A stretch of 64,000 nt of DNA, from positions 3,701,375 to 3,765,374 of the forward strand of contig CAVNZM010000017.1 in NCBI GenBank assembly GCA_963693365.1, in the 5' to 3' direction. Below are positions 1 through 12,745 of the stretch, piece by piece. The notes beneath the pieces are model-generated. The model had not been told where the DNA came from and searched no databases. It worked only from the letters and a program-made list of their open reading frames with translations. Both the position numbers and the translations under genes were made by a program. Origin of the DNA: Amoebidium appalachense. Its lineage: Eukaryota > Protista > Ichthyosporea. The number at the start of each line of letters is the position of its first letter. The stretch's first letter is position 1.

Positions 1-258
1 TGAGGGTTTTGGTTGTTTGGGGCAGGGGGGGAGAGGGGAGGGTTGGAAGGGTGCATGTGTACTGGCAGGCAGGCGGGTGGGTGCTTGCCCTTGTTGCAAA
101 GGTGCAAGTTTTGGGTTGTTTGAGAGGGGGAGGGACGGTCGAACGGGGGGGAGGGGGGGACTACGGTAGGCGGGCCAAGGGTTGCAAATGTACTGCACAT
201 AATTCTCTGTTTCTCTGTCTGAGTTTTGTGTTCAGTGTGGGTGCTGACGGGGGCACAG

Positions 259-1658
259 GCATGGCGGCTGCTGGTGGCCGGATTCGGGTTCCAGGAGCGT
301 CTCTACAGCCTCCTGCTGGGGGCCAGTGTGCTGCAGAGCACTAAGGTGCTGGAGAGGACGTGGGGGTCCAGAAAATATGCCGTGAGTATATGGTCAACGG
401 GGGGGGGGGGGGTTGTGTGCTGACGATGGCTGCAGGTGTGGGTGGTGGTTGTGACGCTGCTGGCCACACTGCTGCAGCTGCTGCTGCTGGCCTGGGGGGG
501 GACTAATGGCACGTGGAGATATGCTGCCAGTGGCCCGTGAGTGCTCGTGCATGGCCCCGTACCTACTACATACCCTAATATTAGCATGCACATGACGGCC
601 CTGAGCTGCACACAGAGACCTGCACCTGTGCCCTGCAGGCGTCTTTGGTCCTCTGTGCTGCATATACACACACGTTAGAGTGCCACCATGCACGTGCACC
701 CAGGCTATGCATGCTGACGCTGCAGCAGGTATGCGCTGGTGTTTGGTGGTCTGGCCAGCATGCTGCTGGAGCTGCCCCTCAGCTCCTCCCGCCTGGTCCT
801 GGGCTTCATGAGCCTCTCGGTCCGTACACCCTTTCCCCCCTCCTCCTCCCCCCCCCCCCCCCCCTCCCCCCCCCCCCCCTTTCCCCCTTTCTGCCCTACT
901 GACATCATGCACAGCTAGTGTTGGAGGATCCCCCAGCGACCAGCCTAGCTGCAGGCTGTGGGCTCCTGGCCGGCTGTCTGTGGCGCATACCGTTCCTGCC
1001 CTTCCGCCACCTGGCCCTGCCCCCAGCAATGGCTAGTGTTCTGGGGGCTGGGCCTACCGTGCACACACAGCGCCTGGCGGGGCCGGTACGTGCCCCGATA
1101 CATACGGGGGAAAGGAGGGGGGGGGGATGAGATGATGGCTAACGGCTGAGGGCCAATAGGTGGTGAGGGGCAGTTTGGGCCCACCAAGTGCTGCGGCAAT
1201 ACGTGCAGGCAGCCACCATGCAAGGCCCAGGCAAGGTGGGTGGACTTTGGGGGGGGGGGGGGTTGAATGTGCCGTGTAGTACGAAGCACCGTGTATGACG
1301 GACAACACAGTGCAGAGTAGAATTGAGTGCATGGACACGAAGTGTGTGCACAAGGGAGGGTTTTATGTGTGCTGCGATATGGGGTGGCTGTGTGTGTGCC
1401 TTTACAGGCGAGGACAGGGGGATGTACACGTGTGTTGTTTCCTTTGCCTGCCATATGGTTTGTTGGGTTATCTTGGGTGCTGATGCCTTGCACGGTGCAG
1501 CGCCCACATTGGAGGCACCCGCAGACACGTTCCGGGCCGACCCTGAGGCCGTGGCATCCCTGATGGCTCTGGGCTTCCCTGAGGCTGCCGTGGTGGCGGC
1601 CCTGCGCAGGACAAACAACAACACACAGCTGGCTAGCAACCTGCTGCTGGACTCGTAG
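259..1658 (+). CDS. UBAC2/Dsc2-like rhomboid-like pseudoprotease with C-terminal UBA domain (5' end outside window; spliced)
   Basis: Exons read AWRLLVAGFGFQ...KVLERTWGSRKY (resembles the UBAC2 WRL...FERRYGSRKF motif), hydrophobic VVVVTLLATLLQLLLLAW...ASGP, YALVFGGLASMLL, and LAAGCGLLAGCLW. The last exon (1501-1658) is a clear UBA domain, DPEAVASLMALGFPEAAVVAALRRTNNNTQLASNLLLDS*. Boundaries are GT-AG with gctgac branch points. Confidence 0.75.
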
Positions 1659-2038
1659 GATGCACAGGGCATAGGGTGGTGGGGTGTGGGGTGCTTGCAT
1701 GCGGGCAGGCAGTAGGCACACACGTGTCTGGGTGGTGGCGTCTTGCACATGCACGGATAGTGGGCCAAGCAGTGTTGAATGAATGGGACATGGTAGGGCC
1801 AGGACCAGATTAGTGGGCCCAGTGTGTTGAATGACGTGATTGTTTATTTATAGTGTTATATAAAGAGACCAGCTAATAGACTATGCTCCTTCGGCCCTTC
1901 ACGGTGCCGGGGTCATGCCCCATACATGCGACATATCATACGTGCATTTCACATGGTGTCAAGCCTTCGTGCATCCCCATCCCACCCGTGCATGCCCCGT
2001 GCAGGGGTGCCACGGCCCCACCCAGGCAGCCACTAACC

Positions 2039-2261
2039 CTAGGCCCCATTCTCTGTGTCTGCTGCCGCTGCCCCACAAGCCTGCCCCATCGTGTCAGCAA
2101 TCTGCTACTTGCAATCTCCACCCACCAACCCTCGCACATGTACTGCAGACACAAACATACACACGAACACACACACACGCACCCACACACATACGCGCAC
2201 AGAGGGACACAGGAGGTGCACACACACGGACCCACACATCCCCACACACACACACACACCT

Positions 2262-2297
<36 letters not shown>

Positions 2298-2937
2298 CAA
2301 CACACACACACACACACACCTCTATACACTCGCGCACGCACACAAACACCTCCATACACATGTGCACACGCTTGTGTGCACGCGCACGAACGCACGCACG
2401 CACGTACGTACGACTGCACACACACACACACACACCTGCTTGGTCTTCATCGACCTCAGTACCACCTCCTCCTTCAAACCTGCTGCTCTCACAGCCCCCA
2501 GCAGCCACTGGCCATCCATCCTCCCGTCACACCCCACTGGCTGGCCTGCCCTAGCCAGTGCCCCAGCCAGCACCCCGTCCATGGCAACCCGCCCAGTGTC
2601 CACTCTTCTCCTCAGCTCAGCCCCCACTTTCCCAGGCACCACGTCCAGCAGGGCCACCCACCCTTTGCTGCTCATTGACCCGGCACACACAAGGCCATCG
2701 GCAAGGGCCAGGGCTGCCTGCTGGTGGCCTGATCGAAAGGCCTGCCGACAGAACAGTGCCTGTAGCTGTATGCAGGCAGGGGGGGGGGGGGGGGGGGGGG
2801 GTTAGAATGCTTTGAACGTGTTAAGTACGTATGCATTTGTAACCGGACGCCCAATGCAGATTGCAAAGCACACATGAAGGGTATGATAAGCAGAGCCCAT
2901 CATCAGGGGTCCTGCAGCGGGCGGAGGAGGGGGGGGG

Positions 2938-2969
<32 letters not shown>

Positions 2970-3380
2970 GGGGGGGGGGGAGGGGGGGGGGGGGGAATAC
3001 ATGCGCACAGCAGGCACGGCACCCACCTCCTCTGTTCTTTGGTCTGCCCCCTGCAGCAGCACCTGCAGGCCATCCACAGCCCCCCGCCTGCCTAGGGCCT
3101 CAGCCGTGTGCTGCAGCACCAGGCCATCCACCCGGCCCTCCCCCTCCATGGCCCCACACAGCCACAGGCCCAGTGCCCCATTGCTGCTGCCCTGCACCAC
3201 CTCGGCACAGGTCTTGCCCACTGGCCCTGCTCACACAGCCGGTCAATCAGAACGTCGCTGGTCCATGATTGGCTCCAAAGCCATATTTGCAATTCGAACA
3301 TGACTCCTGCAACACCCACGTGCACACAGAGACAGCCTGTAACCGAGATACACACACAGGTACGTGTGCCCACACGAACA

Positions 3381-3438
<58 letters not shown>

Positions 3439-4347
3439 CACACACATGCACACACACAAGTCCGTGTGTATTCATATCTGGCCAGCACCCATCCCCTACC
3501 TGGCATTGGTGGGTGTGCCGGGGCCAGGCCCGCAGCACATGGGCCCTGCATGGCGGCCAGCAGCAGGCGCTCAGCCCTCTTGTGGCTGCCACAGGCTCCC
3601 TCCAGCGCCACCCACACGTGCAGCAGCGTGCTGTCGGCCTCCACAATGCCCTGCGCCCATAGTCAGGGCCTACCTGCCAGCCCCCACATACACCGACCAT
3701 GTGTGTACCCTAGCCCCCCAATACACCTTATGTGCACCCTAATTAGCCCCCCAAATATACCTATCTGCACCTTAATTAGCCCCCCAAATACACCTATGTG
3801 CACCCTAATTACCCCCCCAAATACACCTATGTGCACCCTAATTACCCCCCCAAATACACCTATGTGCACCCTAATTAGCCCCCCAAATACACCTATGTGC
3901 ACCCTAATTAGCCCCCCAAATACACCTATGTGCACCCTAATTAGCCCCCCAAATACACCTATGTGCACCCTAATTACCCCCCCCAAATTAGCCCCCTACA
4001 CCTATGTGCACCCTAATTAGCCCCTCAAATACACCTATGTGCACCCTAATTACCCCCCCACAATTAGCCCCCTACACCTATGTGCACCCTAATTAGCCCC
4101 CCAAATACACCTATGTGCACCCTAATTAGCCCCCCAAATACACCTATGTGCACCCTAATTACCCCCCCAAATTAGCCCCCTACACCTATGTGCACCCTAA
4201 TTACCCCCCCAAATTAGCCCCCTACACCTATGTGCACCCTAATAACCCCCCCAAATTAGCCCCCAAGTACACACGTGTGCACCCTAATTAGCCCCCCAAA
4301 TACACGTGTACATCCTAACCCCCGTTATACCCATGTGTGCACCCTAG

Positions 4348-4388
<41 letters not shown>

Positions 4389-4429
4389 CCCCCCCCGCAC
4401 CCCCTCTCCCCACCACCCCCTCCCCCCCT

Positions 4430-4474
<45 letters not shown>

Positions 4475-5700
4475 AAAAAAAAAAAAAAAATCTGACGCAC
4501 CAGCATGCTGCGGGCCAGCCTCAGGGCGTCGGTTTGTCGGCCGGTACGCTGCAGCCACTGCAGGGCCATGGTGCAGGCCGGCACGGGGGGGGGCAGCTGC
4601 AGCCGCAGCATGGTGGCCACCAGCAGCGCCACCCCTTGCCCGTCCCTGCGCACCACATACTGCGCCAGGGCATGCCGGGCCCAGGCCTTGGGGTCAGCCA
4701 TGGTGTTGGCCCAGGCCAGCAAGTGGCCGCACAGCTGGGCCGGGCTGCCTTGGCGCAGCAGGGCCGTGCGCAGGCGTTGCTGCAGGCTGCTGCCCAGCGC
4801 CTGGCCCTCGGCCCGCATGTCCCCAGCCACCCTCAGCGCCTGGCCCAGCCGCCCACAGCCCAGCAGCAGCTCCAGCTCGGCCCGCCGCACCCGCCAGTCC
4901 CGCCCATAGCCCCGCCGCTCAAGCCCACGTAAGCCAGTCAGTGCTACCTGGATGCGCTTGTCTGCAGGCACCTGTCCAGCCCCCTTGTTAGCACCCTGGG
5001 GAGGAGAGGTGCATAGCCAAACACGTGGGGCGGCAGCAGCAAGACAAAGAGGAAAGAATACCAAGTGAATCCCGTTTTACTGCTTTGTGTGAGGTGTGGT
5101 GCAGACTCCACCCTTGTCTCATGGCTGCCAGGAAGCAGCAAGGTCGAGACACCAGTGCAGAGTGGGTAGGCACAGGCAAGGGTCACAAAGGAGCCCACGA
5201 GTCAGCAGTGGGCCTATTCGTAAGCATTCCAGAGCAGATTTCGGGCAGGGGGAGGGGGGGGAGTAACATGGGACAGTGACGCCTGGAATAGGACAATACA
5301 AGCCCCAAACACAGTGCCTAGGCAGTGGCCATGCATGTGCAGGACTCTTAACAGGGCAGCATATTGGGGCAGGGCCTACCCTCAGCTGGCTGCAGGCCCT
5401 CACAAGACCCTCCACCGTGGCCGACGGTGGCTGCTGCGTGCCTGCTGCCAGCGCTGCAAACTGCGCCTCCACACTCTCAACAGTCTCCGTGATAGCCTCC
5501 ACACCCGCCATAATCGCGCTCTGTGCCCCGTGCGTGCTCACCGCGTCCGCGCGTGTGTCTACTGTGTCTAAACCAACAGGGGGAACGTGTGTGTCTGAAA
5601 GTGTGTCCCTGTGTGTGCTCTGTGTGTACGCCCTACGGCCCAGCCCCACCCTAGCTAGCTGGGCTAGCCGGGGGTGAAGGATGGCGCGCACACAGGCCAT
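2039..5700 (-). CDS. Putative mitochondrial pentatricopeptide-repeat (PPR)-like helical repeat protein (spliced)
   Basis: The N-terminus [25 protein letters not shown] is Arg-rich and acid-free, like a presequence. PPR-like motifs include [37 protein letters not shown] and [21 protein letters not shown]. Exons lie at approximately 5378-5700, 4499-4992, 3498-3675, 3025-3230 and 2436-2765; the last exon reads [13 protein letters not shown] with the stop at 2039. Confidence 0.55.
3702..4350. repeat. 33-bp intronic minisatellite (TGTGCACCCTAATTAGCCCCCCAAATACACCTA) with longer variant units
   Basis: Tandem units are directly visible and produce the spurious [11 protein letters not shown] repeat ORF. 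Confidence 0.95.
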
Positions 5701-6044
5701 GGTCCCGTGCATAAGTGTCTCGCGCTAGCAGGGTGGGGGACACACTAGGAGGGACATGGTCGCTATGTAAATTGCACACGGGCAACAACAACTTGGAGTG
5801 AGTGGGCACCGAATGTCGATAGAATGAATGTGTACCTAAACTGTCTCCAAAATAAGAGTGTAATCGAGCCCAATCGGACACCTCTGAGAGCGACACTGGC
5901 GATTGTCTAGTCAATCTAAGCCGATGGCAGCACCTGATCGTTGTGTCTCCTTAGGCTACACCTCGAAAGCGAAATGGCGGAGAGCAGCCACGCACGGAAC
6001 GCATACACCTACAACGCCTGCATGCACAGTGTGATGCACCGACC
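5701..6044. promoter_or_regulatory. Probable bidirectional promoter between the PPR-like gene (-) and the CHY-RING gene (+)
   Basis: Head-to-head ATGs about 345 bp apart, free of microsatellites, with a CCAAT box at about 5870. Confidence 0.5.
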
Positions 6045-7720
6045 ATGTCTGCAGAGAGCACAGCCCAGCCGGAAGCCAGCTATGGCTGTTCCCACTACAA
6101 GCGCCGCTGTGAACTTGAAGTAAACGGCCCCAGGCTCAACTTGCCTTCGTCTCCTGTCCCTGCCCTCTACTCACCCGCACTCAGACAAAGACAAGGATCC
6201 AAACTCGCACACACATGAAGCATATGGATTGGTCGATAAAAGGGGCGGAAGAGGGGAAGGGAGGGAGGAGAGGGAAAGGGAAGGGGGCAGGTGGTGGGCT
6301 GGGAAGAGACACCTGTACCAACATACATACCCTGAACACATACACACCCATCTGCGCATGCACACAAACACACTTCGCGCACACACATAAGTTGCCATGC
6401 TCGGACGCACGCACAGGATTTACATGCGGGCACGCCAGCACAACCTTGTGATGCACCGCCCTACACTCCTGCACCCACACATCCACACGCATGCACGCGC
6501 ACACACTGCGCATGCACATGTTACGGGCACGCGCACTCTCACACACCGAAAGGGAGATGGGCAGGAGACATGGACACTTGCAAGGACAAGAACCTTTATA
6601 CACCAGACCCACAAGCACAGATCTATAGACACACACACACCACACACGCATCACACTAGCTGTTATGTCATGCTGCTGCATGCAGGCACTGACGGCCTTT
6701 TCAGGCGCCGTGCTGCAGGGTCTTCTATGTGTGCCGGCTGTGCCACGACGAGGCCACCCAGGAGGCACACCTGCTGGACCGCCACAGCGTCAAGCACGTG
6801 CGCTGCTGCGCCTGTGGCTGCACACAGGAGGTGCGAAAGGGGGGGGGGGGGGGGGAGGGGGGGGGGAGGGGGGGAGGCTATCCCCGGGGGGATAAATGCG
6901 CAAACATTGGGGGGGGGGGGGGGGGGGGGGGGGAGGGGGGGGGGAAGGCTTGATGTCGGGATCAGGTCCCAGTTATTGGCCGCCGGTGGTGGGCGGGCGG
7001 CAGGGGGGGGCTGGGGGGGGGGGGGGGGGGGGGGGGGGGGGAGGGGGATGACCAAAGCGCAAATTTTGGCTGCTCCCTCCGACCAATGATTAACATTGCA
7101 GGTGCCATAAACCGATTTTTCCGTTAGAAGCATTATCGTACAAAACCGAATGCCTATGGCTGATGTGGGGTGCCCATCCTCTGCAGGTGGCGCAGACGTG
7201 CCGGGAGTGTGGGGTTGTGTTTGGGCAGTACTTCTGTGCCGTGTGCAACTTCTTTGACGACCAGGTGGAGCGAAAATACTTCCACTGTGATGGCTGCGGC
7301 ATATGCAGGTGTGTGTGTGTGTGTGTCTGTCCCGGACGGAAGGGGGGGAGGGGGGAGAGGGGGGGGGGGAGGGGGGAGGGGGGAGGGGTTATGGTAGTAA
7401 CATGGCACCGTGAGCAGGGTGGGGGGCCGAGAGAATTTCTTTCACTGCGACAAGTGTGGCTGCTGCCTGGCCATAGCAAGCAGAGAAGGTCATAAGTGTC
7501 TGGAAAGAACATTGGACCAGAACTGCTTCATGTGTATGGAGGTGTGTGGGTGTGTGCGGGGGAGGGGGGGGAGAGGGGGGGGGGGGGGGGGGGGGATAAG
7601 AGGCATTGATTGTGTGCGCGTGGGGTGTTGGGGGGGGGGGGAGGGGGGAGGATTTGAGCTTAGTGGGCATGGAAACGGGGGGCGGGGGGGGAGGAGGGGG
7701 AGCTTTTTGGGCATAGGAAC

Positions 7721-7753
<33 letters not shown>

Positions 7754-9300
7754 ATCTGGGTGTGCGGTTTGGCAAGCGTCTGATCAATTCATATGGGTAA
7801 TGCATTTGGTGGTGCTGAAGTGTGTGTGGTGTTTTTTATGGAATGCTAAGGCGGGTTAATCAATATGGGACGAGCACTAAAGTGCATATGTTGTTAGTGC
7901 CAGATGCTGCCCAACAAGGCAAGTATTATGATGTTACAAAGGTGCTTGGTCGCTTTTAATTATGTTGCAGCACAGTCTCTGGCAGCAACCCCATCAGTCT
8001 GACCTGTAGCTGAGGGCCGTGTGTCTCGTGTGCTGGGTCAGGGTCTTACGTTTTTCTTTGGCCCACAGCATCTGTTTTCGTCGCGGCGGCCTGCCGTGTT
8101 CATGCGCTGTGGCCACCCCGTGCACCAGGACTGCTTCGACACTTACGTGAGGAGCAGGAGGTGTGTGTGTGTATGTGTGGTGGGTTGGGGGGAAGGGGGG
8201 GGGGGGGGGGGGGAGGGGGGGGGGATGTACTTCTGCGATTTTTTTTGGGGAAGCTGTATTTCCCCCCCACCCCGGGCGGGGGGGGGGGGGGGGGGGGGCT
8301 TGACTTTGTAATGACTGTGTGTTGCGCAGCATCAACCAGCTGCAGTGTCCCCTGTGCAACAAGGAGCTGTTCACACAGGCCCAGATCAGAGACATGGTCG
8401 GCTCAAAGGTACCTGCACACACATGAATCACACAGGCCCAGATCAGAGACATGGGCGGCTCAAAGGTACCTGCACACACATGAATCACACAGGCCCAGAT
8501 CAGAGACATGGTCGGCTCAAAGGTAACCCCACACACGTGAATCACACAGGCCCAGATCAGAGACATGGTCGGCTAAGGTAACCAACCACACATACATGAA
8601 TCACACAGGCCCAGACCAGAGACATGGTCGGCTCAAAGGTAACCCCACACACATGAATCACACAGGCCCAGATCAGAGACATGGTCGGCTCAAAGGTACC
8701 TGCACACACATGAATCACCCAGGGACTCCCCATGCATGGATACTACACTAAACACGCACTCCATCCACACAACGATGCATGCAGCACACCAACTACGCAT
8801 CCACCAACAAAAAGCTTGTCACCATGCATACCACTCACCATGGTCTGCAATCACATTTCCCATGCATGCATGGTACGGCTACGTAGCTCTTCACGCGCGC
8901 CATGCCCATACATGTTTCTATCAGTGCCTGGGCCTGGGCCTCTTTCTGTGCTGTGCGTGCTGATAGCATGCTGCAGGGCCAATAACCACCGACCGCATGT
9001 CCACAGGTGAGGCTGCTGCTGCGCCTAGTCGATGCCCTGCAGTGGGTTGGTGGGGTGACGGGGCTGGGGCCATGGGGGGCTGCATATGTGCTTGGGCTGG
9101 TGACGGACTGGGCCCTGCTGGGGATGTTTGGTGTGGGCTGGGGCTATGGTCTGGTGCTGCTGCTGCAGCTGGGGCTATTTCCTCTCCATGTGGGCCCAGG
9201 CCTGGCTGCAGTCTACTACCAGTACCCACCATCTGCTAGGATACTATCGGCACTTATGGTCGTGCCTTTGATTACGGACAGACGGCTGCACCTGGGTTGA
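6045..9300 (+). CDS. RCHY1: CHY zinc finger + CTCHY + RING-H2 E3 ubiquitin ligase (Pirh2/RCHY1-like) with a hydrophobic C-terminal exon
   Basis: Exons read [25 protein letters not shown] | [16 protein letters not shown]...[21 protein letters not shown] | [25 protein letters not shown]...[11 protein letters not shown] | [16 protein letters not shown]...[17 protein letters not shown] | [26 protein letters not shown] | [12 protein letters not shown]. This is the classic Pirh2 Cys/His pattern and splice phases are consistent. The final exon (9007-9300) is inferred from phase only. Confidence 0.88.
8371..8718 (+). repeat. Six ~57-bp tandem units that copy an exon 3' end and its splice donor
   Basis: The unit TCACACAGGCCCAGATCAGAGACATGGTCGGCTCAAAG|GTACCTGCACACACATGAA starts at 8371, 8428, 8485, 8542, 8601 and 8658. 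Confidence 0.95.
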
Positions 9301-10201
9301 TTTTGGAGGTATACGTATACCTTGCAGCACTTAGTGACCAATTGTAGTAAATCGGATCATCTATATTAGGAAACTGTGCAAAATCGAGGAGTGAGCGGAC
9401 CCTAGCCCCTCTATAGTATGTACCCACAACATTGTATGTATATAGATATAGCACCCCCACCGCATTACGTAATACACAGTACTCATGATCACCGCGTCCT
9501 TTTTTTTCCCCCCTTTTGGGGGGGGGGGGGCTTTTTCATGTGGTAACCACCACAGTACGGATATATTTAGTATGTACCACCACACAATAAGCTGTGACCT
9601 TTGGCACTCTCCACACTCAAGAGTGCTGTGAGGCCTGCACTTCGGCCCAATCCCTGCAGTCTTGGTGGTGTGAGGGGGCACTACCGGTACTGCTGTATTT
9701 CGAAGCATGGAATGAAGGACCCTGCTGGCTGGCCAGTGGTGTGCATTTGTCTTGCTATGTCCATACCTAGCAGCCACGTGTGTACCTTCCATTTCACTGC
9801 AGTGAGCGTGCTAGAATGTCACCAGCTGCAGCCCCTCGTCACAGGGGTCACATATATGTACAGTGCGAGGCCTGTGGGCACATGTGGCGCTACATTCCTT
9901 CGCAAGCAATAACCTTTCTTGCCTATCATAGAGTCTAGAATCTGATGTGTGCATGTGCGTACGGCATGGCCAGCATGCCATTTGGACATTCTAAACATGA
10001 AAAACGGGGCCACCCATTGCCCTACGTGGTACACGACCTGTGTGTGTGCTAGTAGGGCTGCATTGTACCCACACATACAAAATGTGCACTATATGGCCAC
10101 TAGCCACACTACACTCAGGTTTGGTCTTGCCCTTCTCCTGGCATGGCCTCTAGCTTAGGCACGTGTCTGCTGCATGGTTGCATGGAGTCCAGGGGGGGGA
10201 A

Positions 10202-10236
<35 letters not shown>

Positions 10237-10255
10237 ATTTGGGCACCTAGACCAG

Positions 10256-10730
10256 TCAGACCATGCGCTTTGCATCTGGCTTTGCGGTCTTCTGCAGTGC
10301 GGCCAGGGCTATGACGTAGACGGCAAAGAGGCCTGGGCCCACCCACAGCAGCCAACCAAGCACGGCCCTGACCAGCACCATCTGGAAGGCTCCCAAGGTG
10401 TGGAAGAAGTTGGTCTGCAGCCCTGATACAAGCTCTGCGGGGCAGTGGGGTAAGCTACACTGATGCTGGCAAGCACAGGTGGGCCGGCAACGAGTGGCCC
10501 TTGCCAGCGCCCGTTTTATTGTACTACAAGGGGAACGCCAAGGCAGGTGCTTGAGACACCCCCGGGGAGGGGGGCGGGGGGGGGGGAGGGGGGGGGGGGG
10601 GGGGGGGGGGGGGGATGACCCTTACAGAGTACCAAGTACAAAATGACGACGGCATACACAAGGCCAAAAAAACTTAGTTGTTTTCAAATTGGTGGTGGCG
10701 GTGGTTTTTTTTTTGGGGTTTTTTTTTTTT

Positions 10731-10774
<44 letters not shown>

Positions 10775-11681
10775 TGGCTGTTGTGTGGGTGTGTGTGGGT
10801 GATGGGAGGCGAATCAAGGAGGAGGAGGTACAGGCGTGGGAGGGGGGGGGGGGGGGGGTCCTACTGCACCTGATATGTTAAATTCAGCGCCACCTGTGGG
10901 CAGAATGAAGCTGCCTAGGCGGGCAAACATTGGAATACACATCATCTCCACAGGTGTAAGCACAAGGTTGAGCACTGAAAGGAAAAGTCAGACATGTGTT
11001 TCTGGGCAGCAAGAGAAAAAGACACACAGTGGAAGTACCTGGCAGTGGACGTGTGTTCTAGATTGTGTGTGCACGTGCCTGTGTTGGCCCGATGGTGTGT
11101 GTGTTTGTGTGCTGCGGGCAAGGAGAAGACCAAGTCTAGTGTTTGGGGTTGTGGTTTAAAAAAAGGGTTCCGTTCTTTATTTTTATTTCTTTTCTTTTTT
11201 TTCTCTTTTTTCTTGGGGGGGGGGGGGGGGGGGGTATGTGACGGTATGTGTGTTCTGTGTGCTCTTCGTGTGCATGTGTGGGTGTGTGCCCAGTTACGCC
11301 GTGTGTCTGTGCTTACGTAGGTATACGAGTGGCTGGGGGTGCCCGGCTGACTGGGTATGTTGGTGTCGGGGGGCATACGTGTGGACGTGAGAGCAACTAC
11401 CCGTGTGTGTACAAGTGCAACTATAGGTGTGTGTGTGTGCGCGCGCGTATGCGGGGTGTGTTGTGTGTGTGCCTATGTGCTTGTATCTTGAGTGTATGAT
11501 TGATGGTTCCTGTACGTGGGATTGCAAAAGGGCAGATTGGTTGCAGATCGAAATGACTGTGCGCATGTGGACGTGTGCGGGTGGGCCTGCATACACAGGT
11601 GTGAGTAAGCTTGTGTGTGGGTGTGGGTGTGCATGTGAATTTGCATACAAGGTCATGTGTGTGAAGTGCGGGTGTGTGTGT

Positions 11682-11717
<36 letters not shown>

Positions 11718-12394
11718 CTTGATTAGACAGGCTAAGGGTGTTGCGTTTTGCAGCATTAGCACCGTGTGTGCTATGAAGCGGTGCTAGTAATAAGGAAGCT
11801 ACAAAGCATCCATGTGTGTGTGTGTCTATTGTGAGAGCAAAGATGGTACCTTGCGGTATGACGGGGTTGACCTTTGTGGCCACCGTGGCAAAGCCGCACA
11901 CTATCATGGTTGTGCCGGGTATGGGGAACTGCAAGGGGTATGTGTCAGGGAAAAGGCAGCTAGGCACAGACACAGGCACAGACACAGGCACATAAGCACA
12001 CACGCACACAAGCATGCACACGGGTATTATAACAAAGTATGAATGAAAAAGAAACATGGGCCGTGGCCCGTGGCACACACGCACACGTGCACACACGCGC
12101 AAACACACATGCACATGGGCACTCGCGCCCACACAACACACATAAGCGCGCGCACACACACAAACCCACGTGCCCCACACGTCCACAGCACGCAATCTCA
12201 CAAATAACCAAACATGGCTCAACACACAAGCACCGTCGTGCAACACACAAAAAAACGCACGCACTCCAACCACACACACGCACCAGGCCGCAGGTTATGC
12301 CTATGGCAAAGGACAGCGCCAGCTTCTCGGGCGTGGCGCCTGAGCTCAGCTGTGCCTTGAATGGCCGCACGACCTTGCGCTGCAGCCACTCCAT
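10256..12394 (-). CDS. DUF2062-family membrane protein (4 exons)
   Basis: Exons read MEWLQRKVVRPFKAQLSSGATPEKLALSFAIGITCGL | FPIPGTTMIVCGFATVATKVNPVIPQ | VLNLVLTPVEMMCIPMFARLGSFIL... | ...RAVLGWLLWVGPGLFAVYVIAL...RMV*. This matches the DUF2062 pattern TPxxLAxSxAxGxxxGxFPxxG...N..TP recalled from bacterial and plant members. Confidence 0.78.
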
Positions 12395-12591
12395 CGCAAC
12401 AAAAAGTAAGGCACACAGCAAAGGGGCACTGTGGTAACCCGGGGCCGAGAACGAAAAACAAAAATGGGCTGATCCGGGATAGCGCAAACAGTCACTTGCC
12501 AGTAGCGTCCAAGGCTTTGTACCCGCTGGCTTACGCAAGTGGCCGGGGCGGCCTACGACGCTGCGGGACGTCTGGGTCCTTGTGGCTGTAA

Positions 12592-12745
12592 TGACCAATC
12601 AGATTGCTCAATATGTAGTGACCAATCGAAATGCTCACAAATTTTAAAGCGATCATCTAATCTCATTGTATAAAAAAGCCTGGGCAGGCAGATCATGTCT
12701 TATTTTTACTGTAGCCTGGGTTTACGTCATTTTGAACCAATCGCC
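12592..12745. promoter_or_regulatory. CCAAT (NF-Y-type) box cluster upstream of the DUF2062 gene
   Basis: TGACCAATCAGATTGCTCA and TGACCAATCGAAATGCTCA occur in tandem, plus AACCAATCG at about 12736. Confidence 0.5.

Noticed and set aside
3364-4020. [11 protein letters not shown] repeat protein
   Set aside because: It is the translation of the 33-bp intronic minisatellite, antisense to the real gene.
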